Shown here one piece after another: positions 46,836 through 56,669 of a stretch of DNA of 64,000 nucleotides. The stretch is from Rubrivivax sp. (GTDB lineage: Bacteria > Pseudomonadota > Gammaproteobacteria > Burkholderiales > Burkholderiaceae_C). The DNA lies in contig JASGHA010000004.1 in the NCBI GenBank assembly GCA_049841175.1, positions 38,077-102,076 on the forward strand. Direction: 5' to 3'. Made by a program: the position numbers and the translations under genes. The notes beneath the pieces are model-generated. The model worked only from the letters and a program-made list of their open reading frames with translations. It was not told the origin of the DNA and did no database searches. The first letter of the stretch is position 1, and every line of letters starts with the position of its first letter.

Positions 46836-47609
46836 CTAGAACTTCTGCACGCTGGTGACCAGCGTGTCCACGGTCAGCGTCCAGCCGTCGACGAGCACGA
46901 ACAGCAGCAGCTTCAGCGGCAGCGAGATGACCAGCGGCGACAGCATCATCATGCCCATCGCCATCAGCAGCGAGGACACGACGAGGTCGATGACCAGGAA
47001 CGGGATGAACAGCATGCAGCCGATCTGGAACGCCGTCTTCAGCTCGCTGAGCACGAAGGCCGCGAGCTTGACGGTGAACGCGTGCTCCTCGGGCTGGGCC
47101 ACCGGCGGCTCGCCGGCCAGCCGCGAGATCTGCGCCAGCGCGGTCTTGCTGGTCTGCGCCAGCATGAAGGCCGAGATCGGCTTGGCGGCGCGTTCCAGCG
47201 CCTCGCTCATCACGATGCGGTCTTCGTCGTAGGGCACCAGCGCCTCGGTCCAGACGCGCTCGCCGACCGGGCGCATCACCAAGCAGGTGAGGATCAGCGC
47301 GACGCCGGTGATGATGCGGTTGGGCAGCCCCTGCTGCAGCCCCAGCGCCTGGCGCAGCAGCGCCAGCACGATGACGAAGCGCGTGAAGCTGGTCATCATC
47401 AGGACGAGCGCCGGCAGCAGCCCCAGCAGCGTCATCAGGATGACGATCTGGGTCTTCACCGTGAAGTCGGTGGTCGCGCCGCGCGTCGTCGTGCTGAGCA
47501 CCGGCACGCCGTTGGCCGCCAGCGCCGAGGCGCCGGCCACCAGCAGGCCGGCGGCCAGCGCCCAGCGCGCCGCGCGGCCCCAGCGCGGGGAGCCCGGGGT
47601 GAAGCTCAT
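46836..47609 (-). CDS. fliP: Flagellar export protein FliP
   Basis: MTSFTRFVIVL, SELKTAFQIG, PFLVIDLVVSS, LFVLVDGW. Confidence 0.96.
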   Translation of the reverse strand: MSFTPGSPRWGRAARWALAAGLLVAGASALAANGVPVLSTTTRGATTDFTVKTQIVILMTLLGLLPALVLMMTSFTRFVIVLALLRQALGLQQGLPNRIITGVALILTCLVMRPVGERVWTEALVPYDEDRIVMSEALERAAKPISAFMLAQTSKTALAQISRLAGEPPVAQPEEHAFTVKLAAFVLSELKTAFQIGCMLFIPFLVIDLVVSSLLMAMGMMMLSPLVISLPLKLLLFVLVDGWTLTVDTLVTSVQKF

Positions 47610-47947
47610 GCCTCGGGCAGCCCGAGGTCCAGGTCCGAGACCTCGACGACCTTCAGCCCGTACTTGTCGCCGGTGACGACGACCTCGGCGCGGCCGATCG
47701 TCGTGCCGTTGACCTTGATCGTCAGCGCCTCGCCGGCCAGCGTGTCCAGCGGCACGACGCTGTCGGCGCGGATGCGGCTCAGCTCGTCCAGCGAGATGCG
47801 CGCCGAGCCGACTTCCAGCGTCAGCGTCACCGGGATCTTGCGCATCAGCTGCGCCAGCTTGCGTCGCGGCGCGGGCGCCTCGGGCGCCGGTTCGTCGGCG
47901 TCCAGGTCCAGCGTGTCCAGCGGGTCGATCGGAAGCGGTTCGCTCAT
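47606..47947 (-). CDS. fliN: Flagellar motor switch protein FliN
   Basis: IPVTLTLEVGS, IKVNGTTIGRAEVVV; ATG at 47947. Confidence 0.9.
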   Translation of the reverse strand: MSEPLPIDPLDTLDLDADEPAPEAPAPRRKLAQLMRKIPVTLTLEVGSARISLDELSRIRADSVVPLDTLAGEALTIKVNGTTIGRAEVVVTGDKYGLKVVEVSDLDLGLPEA

Positions 47948-47958
47948 CGTCTTGGCTT

Positions 47959-48789
47959 TCAGTCGGAGTCGGTGAAACAGGTGAGGCACAGCCGGCCGTC
48001 GTGCTCGGCGACGCGGGCCTTGAACAGGCGCAGGCCGTCGACGAGGGCGTCGGCCTCGCCGAGCGTGATCGGAAGCACGTCGCCGACCTTCAGCGCGGCG
48101 ACGTCGGACAGCGGCAGCTGCTTCTCGAGCAGCTGGGCGACGAGGCGGAACTCCAGCCGCGTGGCCAGCGGCGCGACGGTGGCCTGGGCGCTGGAGGGCA
48201 GGCGCTCGGTGGCGAGCTGGGTCCACAGCCGCTCCAGCCACGACGGCGCCAGCGCGACACGCAGGCGCGCCGGCTCGCTCATGCCGGCCTCGGCGATCGT
48301 CGCGTCCAGCACCCAGGTGCCGCGTGCCGGTGCCGCCGCCGGCGTGCCGGACGACGGTGCCGCGACGGTGCCCGGCTCGGCGGCCAGGCCGGCGTCGAGC
48401 CGGCGCGCCGCCAGCGCCGCCCAGGCGGCGCCCAGCTGCCCGGCCAGGCGCTCCTCGGTCGTGGTGGCCGTCGTGTCCTCGGCCTGCGCCTCGGTGCCGA
48501 AGCGCCGCGCCATCAGCGCCAGCAGCAGCCGGCGGTCGGCACCGCAGACCAGGGTGCCGCGTGCGAACGCGTAGGCGTGCCAGCCGCTGCCTTCGGCTTC
48601 CTGGTCCAGGCGCGCGAGCGAGGCGTCGACGACCTCGAAGCCGGCGCGGTGGCGCTGGTTGACCTGACGCCGCAGCCAGCCGGCCAGGTCGGCGCGCCAG
48701 CGCCGCGCGAACGCGTCGAGCAGGTGCACCGGGCGCCCGAGCGAGGTCGGGTCGATCGGCCGGCAGGGGGACGAACGGGATGCGGTCAT
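47959..48789 (-). CDS. fliM: Lateral-type FliM/FliN-domain switch protein
   Basis: IDPTSLGRPVHLL; C-terminal SpoA domain LKVGDVLPI...FKARVAEHDGRLC; positioned before fliN. Confidence 0.8.
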   Translation of the reverse strand: MTASRSSPCRPIDPTSLGRPVHLLDAFARRWRADLAGWLRRQVNQRHRAGFEVVDASLARLDQEAEGSGWHAYAFARGTLVCGADRRLLLALMARRFGTEAQAEDTTATTTEERLAGQLGAAWAALAARRLDAGLAAEPGTVAAPSSGTPAAAPARGTWVLDATIAEAGMSEPARLRVALAPSWLERLWTQLATERLPSSAQATVAPLATRLEFRLVAQLLEKQLPLSDVAALKVGDVLPITLGEADALVDGLRLFKARVAEHDGRLCLTCFTDSD

Positions 48790-49146
48790 GGCATTCAATG
48801 AGGCGTCGAGCGACGAATTCTAGAAATCGATCGGCATTTCGTTAGCGCAATTAAGTGGAATATGCAGCGCTTTCTTTCCGATCGATCATTTGGCGTGGCC
48901 TGCATCATGCAAACCATGCCGGGTCGGATGGCGGGCGTTTTTTCAGGGAAACATCCGACTCACAATAAATGAAAAACGCGCCCCAAGATGGCAATTATGA
49001 ACCTATCATTTTTGCTATCTGGTGTCATTCGGGGCGATATCCAAATCTGTCATGCCGTTAAAGAAGAGAACTAGTTCACGTGTCCGAAGCTCTCCGCGGG
49101 TTACGGCCTGCAACAGCCCGGAAGCCGCGCTTAGCATGCGTCGCAT

Positions 49147-49233
49147 CAGGGCACACCCGAGCGAAAGCCGGGGTCGCAAAGCTTCCGGTCTAACCGTCCC
49201 CCCGAGCGGGACGCACGACAGCGGGGCCGCCGG
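49147..49233 (+). ncRNA. c-di-GMP-I (GEMM) riboswitch
   Basis: GGCACACC-cgagc-GAAA-gccg-GGGTCGCAAAGCTTCCGGTCTAA...ACAGCGGGGCCGCC matches the GEMM consensus (GNRA tetraloop, receptor and P1 pairing). Confidence 0.85.
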
Positions 49234-49593
49234 GCGAAGCCGCCTCGTGCACCTCGGACACACGGGGTGCGTCGGCATCGTCTGTCCATGGCGCGACGCG
49301 CCGCGGAGACCCTTTGCGTTCGCGCGGGTCGAGCCCTGCAACGAGCTCCGCACCGATGCCACGAACGCCACTTCCACCGACCGTCAACTGCACCGCCCCG
49401 AGCGCGGTGCCGCCGGTTCGCGGGTCGCCGACGTCAGCGCTGCGGGCCTCCGCCAGATGGGTCTCGGATTCGAATTCGATGTTCGGCATGCGTTTTCAGT
49501 GTTTTCGCTGACGGCTAATGCCGTGGTTATTCGCGGGCTCCGGAATCACGCTCGGACGACAAGCTCCGGTGTCACGAAAAATTAATGCGTCGT

Positions 49594-49625
49594 CACCGTC
49601 AAGTGCTTTGACGGTGGACCGATAA
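49594..49625 (+). promoter_or_regulatory. Sigma28-like promoter with an overlapping perfect palindrome, upstream of fliE
   Basis: TCAA-N15-ACCGATAA (49599-49625); CACCGTCAA-N5-TTGACGGTG (49594-49616). Confidence 0.55.
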
Positions 49626-49731
49626 ACGCTCATCCCCGTGTTCTTGGCGTAATGGGCCGACAGCAGGCCCGGGCCGCCGCATGGTCTGAAGTTCCTGGTC
49701 GCCGCGAATGCGGCCGTTTCCTGGAGGTTTG

Positions 49732-50067
49732 ATGTCGCAAATGTTGATGTCGGTCCTGGCGCAAGCCGTGCGCATGGCGGGCGAGGGCATGCGCCTGGGC
49801 GCCGGCGCCGCGGCCGAGCCGCTGCCGGCCGCCGGAGAGCACGGCGCCACCGGCTTCGCTTCGAGCCTGGTCGACGCCGTGCGCGGCGTCGACGCCCAGG
49901 CCCAGGCGGCCGACGCGCAGCTCGCCGCGGTCGACTCCGGGCAGTCCAGCGATCTCGTCGGCGCGATGCTCGCCAGCCAGCAGGCCGACCTGTCGTTCTC
50001 GATGCTGCTGCAGGTGCGCAACAAGGTCGCCGGCGCGGTCGACGAGCTGATCAAGCTGCAGCTCTGA
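49732..50067 (+). CDS. fliE: Flagellar hook-basal body protein FliE
   Basis: GGAGG RBS; AMLASQQADLSFSMLLQVRNKV. Confidence 0.93.
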   Translation: MSQMLMSVLAQAVRMAGEGMRLGAGAAAEPLPAAGEHGATGFASSLVDAVRGVDAQAQAADAQLAAVDSGQSSDLVGAMLASQQADLSFSMLLQVRNKVAGAVDELIKLQL

Positions 50068-50077
50068 GGACGACGCC

Positions 50078-51745
50078 GTGGCCAACCCGCTCGTCTCCAC
50101 CCTGCGTCCCGCGTTCGCCCGGCTGCGTGCCGGCGGCCTGCCGGCGCTGCCGCCCGGGCTGCTGCGCGGCCTGACGCCGCTGCTGCTGGCCGCCGCCGCT
50201 GTGACGGCGCTGGTCGTCGCCTTCCAGTGGCGCGACCAGTCCAGCTACAAGCCGCTGTTCGGCGCCCGCGAGAAGGTCGCCGCCGCGGACATGATGGCCG
50301 TGCTCGACGCCGAGCACGTGCACTACCGCGTGCATCCCGACAGCGGCCAGGTGCTGGTGCCCGAGGCCGAGCTCGGCCGCGTGCGCATGCTGCTGGCCGC
50401 CAAGGGCGTCACCGCGCGCCTGCCCGCCGGCCTGGAGCTGATGGACCGCGACGACCCGCTGGGCGTCAGCCAGTTCGTGCAGGACGTGCGTTTTCGCCGC
50501 GGCCTCGAAGGCGAGCTGGCGCAGAGCATCATGACGATGGACGCCGTCGACTCGGCGCGGGTGCACCTCGCGATCGCGCGCAGCTCGTCCTTCGTCACCG
50601 CCGCCGACGACCGCAGCTCGGCCTCGGTCGTCGTCACGACCAAGCCCGGGCGCACGCTGAACCCCGAGCAGATCGCCGCGACGATCAAGCTCGTCGCCGG
50701 CAGCGTCGCCAACCTCGACGCCTCGCGCGTCAGCGTCGTCGACCAGGCCGGCAACCTGCTGTCGGCGCGTGTCGACCTCGAAGACGGCCTCGAAGGCCTG
50801 GCCTCCGGCGGCCTGGACGCGCGCCACCGCTACGAGCAGGACACGCGCCGCGGCGTCGACGACCTGCTGGGCCCGGTGCTGGGCGCCGGCAACTACCGCG
50901 TCAGCGTCACCGCCGAGGTCGACAACGACCGCGTGCAGGAGACGCGTGAGGTCTACGGCGCCGACCCCAAGGTCACCAGCGAAGCGCTGCGTCAGGAGAT
51001 GAACCGCGAAGGTCTGGCCGTCGGCGTGCCCGGCTCGCTGAGCAACCGCCCGGTGGCGGTGGCGGCCGCGGCCTCGGGCGCCGACCCCTCGGGCCAGGCG
51101 CAGCGCAACGCCAGCACGCGCCAGTACGCCTACGACCGCAACATCACGCAGATCAAGCGCAGCCGCGGCCGCCTCGAACGCCTGAACGTCGCCGTCGTGC
51201 TGGCCGCCAGCGCCGCGCCCGGCGGTGCCGCGGCCTGGACGCCGCAGCAGCTGGCCGACATCGAGCGCACGCTGGCCAGCGGCCTGGGCATCAACAAGGA
51301 ACGTGGCGACCGCCTCGCCGTCTCGGCGATGCCGTTCCCGGCGCCGCCGGCGCCGACGCCCTGGTACGGCGAACGCAACCTCTGGGTCGACGTCGGCGGC
51401 TGGCTGCTCTACGCGGCCGGCGGGCTGATGCTGTTCTTCGGCGTCGTGCGCCCCGGCATGCGCATGCTGCAGCAGCGTGCCAGTGCGGCGCCGACGCCGC
51501 TGGTGCCGCTGGGTGCCGGCCCCGAGGGCGCTGCCGCCGCGGCGCTGGCGGGGCCGGGGGGCGCGGCTGCCGCGCTGCCCGGGCGTTCGCCGGTGGCGCC
51601 GCTGCTCGCCAACTACGACCTGCCGCCGCCGGGATCCGCCGTCGACGTGCTGGTCGACCACCTGAAGGTGCTCGCCTCCAAGGAGCCCGAGCGCGTCGCC
51701 GAGGTCGTCAAACAGTGGGTGCAGAAGCATGACCGAGCCGAGTAA
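50078..51745 (+). CDS. fliF: Flagellar MS-ring protein FliF
   Basis: GLELMD...SQFVQDVRFRRGLEGELAQSI, ARVHLAI, GVPGSLSN. Confidence 0.96.
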   Translation: MANPLVSTLRPAFARLRAGGLPALPPGLLRGLTPLLLAAAAVTALVVAFQWRDQSSYKPLFGAREKVAAADMMAVLDAEHVHYRVHPDSGQVLVPEAELGRVRMLLAAKGVTARLPAGLELMDRDDPLGVSQFVQDVRFRRGLEGELAQSIMTMDAVDSARVHLAIARSSSFVTAADDRSSASVVVTTKPGRTLNPEQIAATIKLVAGSVANLDASRVSVVDQAGNLLSARVDLEDGLEGLASGGLDARHRYEQDTRRGVDDLLGPVLGAGNYRVSVTAEVDNDRVQETREVYGADPKVTSEALRQEMNREGLAVGVPGSLSNRPVAVAAAASGADPSGQAQRNASTRQYAYDRNITQIKRSRGRLERLNVAVVLAASAAPGGAAAWTPQQLADIERTLASGLGINKERGDRLAVSAMPFPAPPAPTPWYGERNLWVDVGGWLLYAAGGLMLFFGVVRPGMRMLQQRASAAPTPLVPLGAGPEGAAAAALAGPGGAAAALPGRSPVAPLLANYDLPPPGSAVDVLVDHLKVLASKEPERVAEVVKQWVQKHDRAE

Positions 51746-52757
51746 CGCCGTCGCCGAAGCGGTGGTGGCGCCGCCGACGCCCGTCGAGCGCGCCGCCATC
51801 GTGCTGCTGAGCATGGGCGAGGAGCCCGCCGCGGCGGTGCTGCGCTGCCTGTCGCGCGAGGAGCTGCTGGAGGTCACGCAGGTGATGTCGCGGCTCAGCG
51901 GCATCAAGGTCGAGACCGTGCGCCTGTCGCTGCAGCACTTCTTCGACGACTACCGCGAGCAGAGCGGCGTGCACGGCGCCTCGCGCTCGTACCTGCAGCG
52001 CTCGCTGGATCTGGCGCTGGGCCGCGAGGTCGCCGGCAGCGTGCTCGACACGCTTTACGGCGACGCGATCCGGCCGAAGATGGCGCGCCTGCAGTGGGCC
52101 GCGCCGCGCTGGCTGGCCGACCAGATCGCCCACGAGCACGTGCGCATGCAGGCCGTGTTCCTGGCCTTCCTGCCGTCGGCGTTGGCCGGCCAGGTGGTCG
52201 AGGCGCTGCCGGCCGACGGCCGCGACCGCGTCCTGCTCAACGTCGCCCGCCTGAAGGAGATCGACCGCGAGCTGCTCGCCGACCTGGACACGCTGGTCGA
52301 CCGCTGCCTGGCGAGCTTCAGCACCCAGGCCACCGCCGTCGAAGGGCTGCGCCAGGCCGCCGAGATCCTCAACCGCCTGCCCGGCGAGCGCCAGACGCTG
52401 GTCGAGCAGCTGCGCGCGCACGACCCCGAAGTCGTCGCCGAGATGGAAGTCAGCCTCTACGACTTCGGCATCCTGGCGCGCCAGACCGAAGCCAACATCA
52501 CCCGCATCATCGAGGCCGTGCCGCTGGAGCAGTGGGCGGTGGCGCTCAAGGGCTGCGAGCCCGCGGTGCGCGACGCCGTGCTGCAGTCGATGCCGCGCCG
52601 TCAGGCCCAGGCCTTCGAGGACACGATGCGCCGCAGCGGCCCGGTGCCGCTGTCGCGTGTCGAGCAGACGCGCCAGCAGATCATGGCGCAGGTGAAGGCG
52701 CTCGCCGATGCCGGCGAGATCGAGGTCCAGCTCTTCGCCGAGGCCGTCGTCGAATGA
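51729..52757 (+). CDS. fliG: Flagellar motor switch protein FliG
   Basis: RAAIVLLSMGEE, WAVALKG, MPRRQA...VEQTRQQI. Confidence 0.94.
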   Translation: MTEPSNAVAEAVVAPPTPVERAAIVLLSMGEEPAAAVLRCLSREELLEVTQVMSRLSGIKVETVRLSLQHFFDDYREQSGVHGASRSYLQRSLDLALGREVAGSVLDTLYGDAIRPKMARLQWAAPRWLADQIAHEHVRMQAVFLAFLPSALAGQVVEALPADGRDRVLLNVARLKEIDRELLADLDTLVDRCLASFSTQATAVEGLRQAAEILNRLPGERQTLVEQLRAHDPEVVAEMEVSLYDFGILARQTEANITRIIEAVPLEQWAVALKGCEPAVRDAVLQSMPRRQAQAFEDTMRRSGPVPLSRVEQTRQQIMAQVKALADAGEIEVQLFAEAVVE

Positions 52758-53462
52758 GCAAGAGCCGGCCCTACCGCTTCCCGCCGCTGGCCGGGCTGAC
52801 CGCCGGCACGACGCTGCCGGCCGTCGCCGGGGCCGACGCCCAGGCCGCCGCCGCACGCGGCTACGCCGAGGGCCAGCAGCGTGGCTGGCGCGAGGGCTAC
52901 GACGCCGGCGCCGCCCAGGGCCGCGAAGACGGCTGGGCCACCGGGCTGGCGCAGGCGCGCGAGCACGCCGAAGCCGAGCTGCTGCGCCGCCTGCAGCTCA
53001 AGCTCGCCGAGACCGCACGGCCGCTGGAAGCTGCGCTGGCGGCGCTGGAGAGCGCCCAGGCCGAGGCCCAGGCGGCGATGCGCCGTGAACTCGTCGACCT
53101 GGTCGGCCGCGTCGCGCGCCAGGTCGTGCGCTGCGAACTCGCGCTGCAGCCGCAGCAGATCCTCAAGCTCGTCGACGAGACGCTGGCGACGATGCCGCCG
53201 CCGCACGACGGTGTCGAGGTGCGGCTGAACCCCGAAGACCTGCGCCGCATCGAGGACGTCGACGCCGAGGCCGCACGCGCGCTGGCAGCTGCTCGCCGAC
53301 CCGCGCCTGGCGCCGGGCGAATGCCGCGTGCGCAGCGGCCGGCGCGAAGCCGACGCCGGCTGCCGCCAGCGCCTGGACGCGGTGATGGAGCAGGTCGGCG
53401 CCCAGCTGATCGAAGCGCCCGCCGACGCCGAGGCCTCGGCCGTCGAGGAGGCCGGCGCATGA
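52754..53462 (+). pseudogene. fliH: FliH with an apparent +1 frameshift near 53280
   Basis: GxxxG repeats and RLNPEDL, then WQLLADPRLAPGECRV in the shifted frame. Confidence 0.8.
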
Positions 53463-54773
53463 TCGGTCGCGCGCTGCAGAGCGTTCGCCTGGCCGAGGTG
53501 CCGGTCGCCACGCCGACCGGGCGCCTGGTCGGCGCCAGCGGGCTGCTGCTGGAAAGCGTCGGCTGCGCGCTGCGCACCGGCCACCGCTGCAGCATCGAGA
53601 CCGTCGGCGGCGAGTGGATCGACGCCCAGGTCGTCGGTTTCCGCGACGAGGTCAGCTACCTGATGCCGTTCCGGCCCGCGACCGGGCTGGCCACCGGCGC
53701 CCGCGTGCTGCCCGGTGCCGAGGACACGACGCAGCTGATCGGCCCGTCAGTGGCTGGGCCGCATCGTCGACGGCCTCGGCGAGCCGGTCGACGGCCGTGG
53801 CCGGCTCGGCGGCGAGCACGTGCTGCCGGCGCATCCGCCGCGCATCAACCCGCTCAAGCGCCGCCCGGTCGACGCGCCGCTGGACGTCGGCGTGCGTGCG
53901 ATCAACGGCGTGCTGACGCTGGGCAAGGGCCAGCGTGTCGGCCTGATGGCCGGCTCGGGCGTCGGCAAGAGCGTGCTGCTCGGGCTGATCACGCGCCAGA
54001 CGGTGGCCGACGTCGTCGTCGTCGGGCTGATCGGCGAACGCGGCCGCGAGGTGCGCGAGTTCATCGACCTGTCGCTCGGCGAAGCCGGGCTGCGCGCGCG
54101 CGGTGGTCGTCGTCGCGCCGGCCGACGAGTCGCCGCTGATGCGGCTGCGCGCCACCGAGCTGTGCCACACGATCGCCGCGCACTTCCGCGACCAGGGCCA
54201 GGACGTGCTGCTGCTCGTCGACTCGCTGACGCGCTACGCGATGGCGCGGCGCGAGGTCGCGCTGGCGCTCGGCGAGCCGCCTGCCACACGCGGCTACCCG
54301 CCGTCGGTCTTCAGCCGCCTGCCGCAGCTCGTCGAGAGCGCCGGCAACGGCGAGAACCCGGCCGGCAGCATGAGCGCCATCTACACCGTGCTCGCCGAAG
54401 GCGACGACCAGCAGGACCCGGTCGTCGACACCGCGCGCGCCATCCTCGACGGCCACATCGTGCTGTCGCGCGAGCTGGCCGAACGCGGCCACTACCCGGC
54501 GATCGACATCGCCCAGTCGATCAGCCGCTGCATGGCGCTGGTCACGAGCCACGGCCACCAGGCCGCGGCGCGCCAGCTCAAGGAGCATGGCCGCTCGCCA
54601 CGCCCAGGTGCGCGACCTGCTGCCGCTGGGCGCCTACGTGCCCGGCGCCGACCCGGCGACCGACCGCGCGGTGCAGGCCTACCCGCGCGATCGAGGCCTT
54701 TCTGCAGCAAGGCACGCGCGAAGCCGCGCCGCTGGCCGACAGCGTGCAACGTCTGGAGGAACTGACCCGATGA
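53459..54773 (+). pseudogene. fliI: Flagellar ATPase FliI with four apparent +1 frameshifts
   Basis: Walker [27 protein letters not shown] and GHYPAIDI are spread over successive frames; shifts near 53750, 54097, 54586 and 54689. Confidence 0.85.
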
Positions 54774-55206
54774 ACCGTGCCCAGGCTTCGCTGCAGGCCG
54801 TGCGCCGGCTGGCCGAGCTGCGCGCTCGCGACGCCGAGCGGCTGCAGACCGAACTCGCCGAACGCCAGGCGCAGCGCCGGCGCCAGGCCGAGGCCGTCGA
54901 ACGGCTGAACGCGCTGTGCGTCGGCGTCGGCGCCAGCGCCGTGCCGGCGGCCGTGCTGGCGGCCAACTGCGCCGCCTACAAGGAGTCGCTGCTCGAACTC
55001 GGCCGCCGCCAGCAGGACGTGCTGGCCCGCCACGACGCCGACGTCGACGCCGCGCGCCTGGCGCTGATCGCCGCCTCGACGCGCCGCATGGCGCTGGAGC
55101 AGGCCGTCGACGGCCGCCAGCAGCGCCTGGACCGCGACGCCGCCGGCCGCGAGCAGAAGCGCCGGACGACATCGCCACCCAGGTGTGGCTGCGGGGCCAG
55201 CGATGA
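54770..55206 (+). pseudogene. fliJ: FliJ with an apparent -1 frameshift near 55163
   Basis: Coiled coil after fliI; the C-terminal DDIATQVW lies in a shifted frame. Confidence 0.75.
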
Positions 55207-55284
55207 GCACGCGGCTTCAGCAATCGTGCGCGGCGGTCGCCTTGCGCTCTGGAGAAGGGGCCTGACGCCCCGGGAGCCACGACC

Positions 55285-56644
55285 ATGAGCAGCCTCGTTC
55301 GACCCCGCCTCGACCGCCACCCAGCTGGCGACCGCGTACACGCAGAACGCCTACAAGCTGCTGTCCACGCAGAGCACGGCGGCGCAGACCACGTCCACCG
55401 CGCTGACCAAGCTGCGCACCGCGCTGACGACCTTCGAGTCGGCGCTGTCCTCGCTGTCCTCGTCCAAGGGCGTGAAGACGCTGGCGGCGAGCTTCGACAA
55501 CACCGCCTACGCCAGCGCGACGGCGACGAGCAAGGCCGCCACCGGCGCCTACTCGTTCTTCGTCGAGCAGGTCGCCACCAAGCACCAGACGAGTTTCGCC
55601 GCGCTGCCCGACGTCACCGCTGCCGGCGCCGGCACGCTGTCGCTGTCGGTCGGCGGCAGCAGCTTCGGTGTCGCGCTGAGCGGCGCCGACAGCGACGGCG
55701 ACGGCAAGGTCTCGGCCAGCGAGATCGCGCGGGCGATCAACGCCAGCAGCGACAACGCCGGCCGTGTCGTCGCCAGCGTGATGAGCGTCAACGGCCAGAA
55801 CCGCCTCGTGCTGACGGCCGCCGAGACCGGCGCCGCCGGCGCGATGACGCTGGACGCCTCCGGCGTCACCGACACGGGGCTGGCCAGCGCGCTGTCGACC
55901 GAGAAGCTGCTGGTGCAGGGCCGCGACGCCGTGCTCTGGCTCGGCGAGCAGGGCAGCGGCGTGAAGATCGAGCAGGCCAGCAACAGCTTCACCGGCATCA
56001 CCGGCGTCACCGTCAACCTGACCAAGGCGATGGCCGCCGGCGACAAGCCGGTGACGCTGAACGTGGCCGACGACGTCTCGGCCACGGCCGACAACGTCAA
56101 GAGCTTCATCAGTGCCTACAACGCGCTGGAGAGCGTGCTCGACGGCATGACGGCCAACGCCACCAGCAGCGGCACCGCCGCCGGCCCGTTCGCCAGCGAT
56201 TCCGGCGTGCTGGCGCTGAAGAGCCGCCTGGGCAACCTGCTGCGCCAGTCCGTCGGCGGCGTGCGCCTGGCCGACTTCGGCGTCTCGATCGGCCGCGACG
56301 GCCAGATGTCGCTGGACCAGAGCAAGCTCGAAACCGGACTGAAGGCCAAGCCCGAGGGCCTGGCGACGCTGTTCGGCAGCGCGCGCACCGGCGCGACCAG
56401 CGGCGTGCTCGGCAGCCTCGCCGAGCTGGCGCGCAGCTGGAAGTCCGCCGACGGCCAGATCGCCAGCCGCATGGCCTCGGTCGACCGGACGCAAAAGAGC
56501 ATCACCAAGCGCCAGGAGGCGCTCGATCAGCGCTACGAGAGCCTGTACCAGATCTACCTGAAGCAGTTCACCAAGCTGCAGGACCTGCAGAACTCGATGA
56601 GCAACACCAGCAGCCTGTTCGGCAGCCTGGCCACCACCAGTTGA
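55285..56644 (+). pseudogene. fliD: Flagellar filament cap FliD with an apparent +1 frameshift in the first codons
   Basis: ATG AGC AGC c TCG TTC GAC CCC..., then continuous: FVEQVATKHQ, SNSFTGITGVTVNL, YLKQFTKLQ. Confidence 0.85.
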
Positions 56645-56669
56645 CCCTCCGTCCACCCGGAACCCGCCC

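Noticed and set aside
48891-48910. Sigma54 promoter (TGGCGTGGCCTGCA) for the flagellar operons
   Set aside because: The GG-to-GC spacing is 8 nt, not the required 10.
52094-54139. Fused FliH-FliI protein
   Set aside because: The apparent fusion arises because the fliH frameshift removes its stop from that frame; restoring one base gives normal separate genes.
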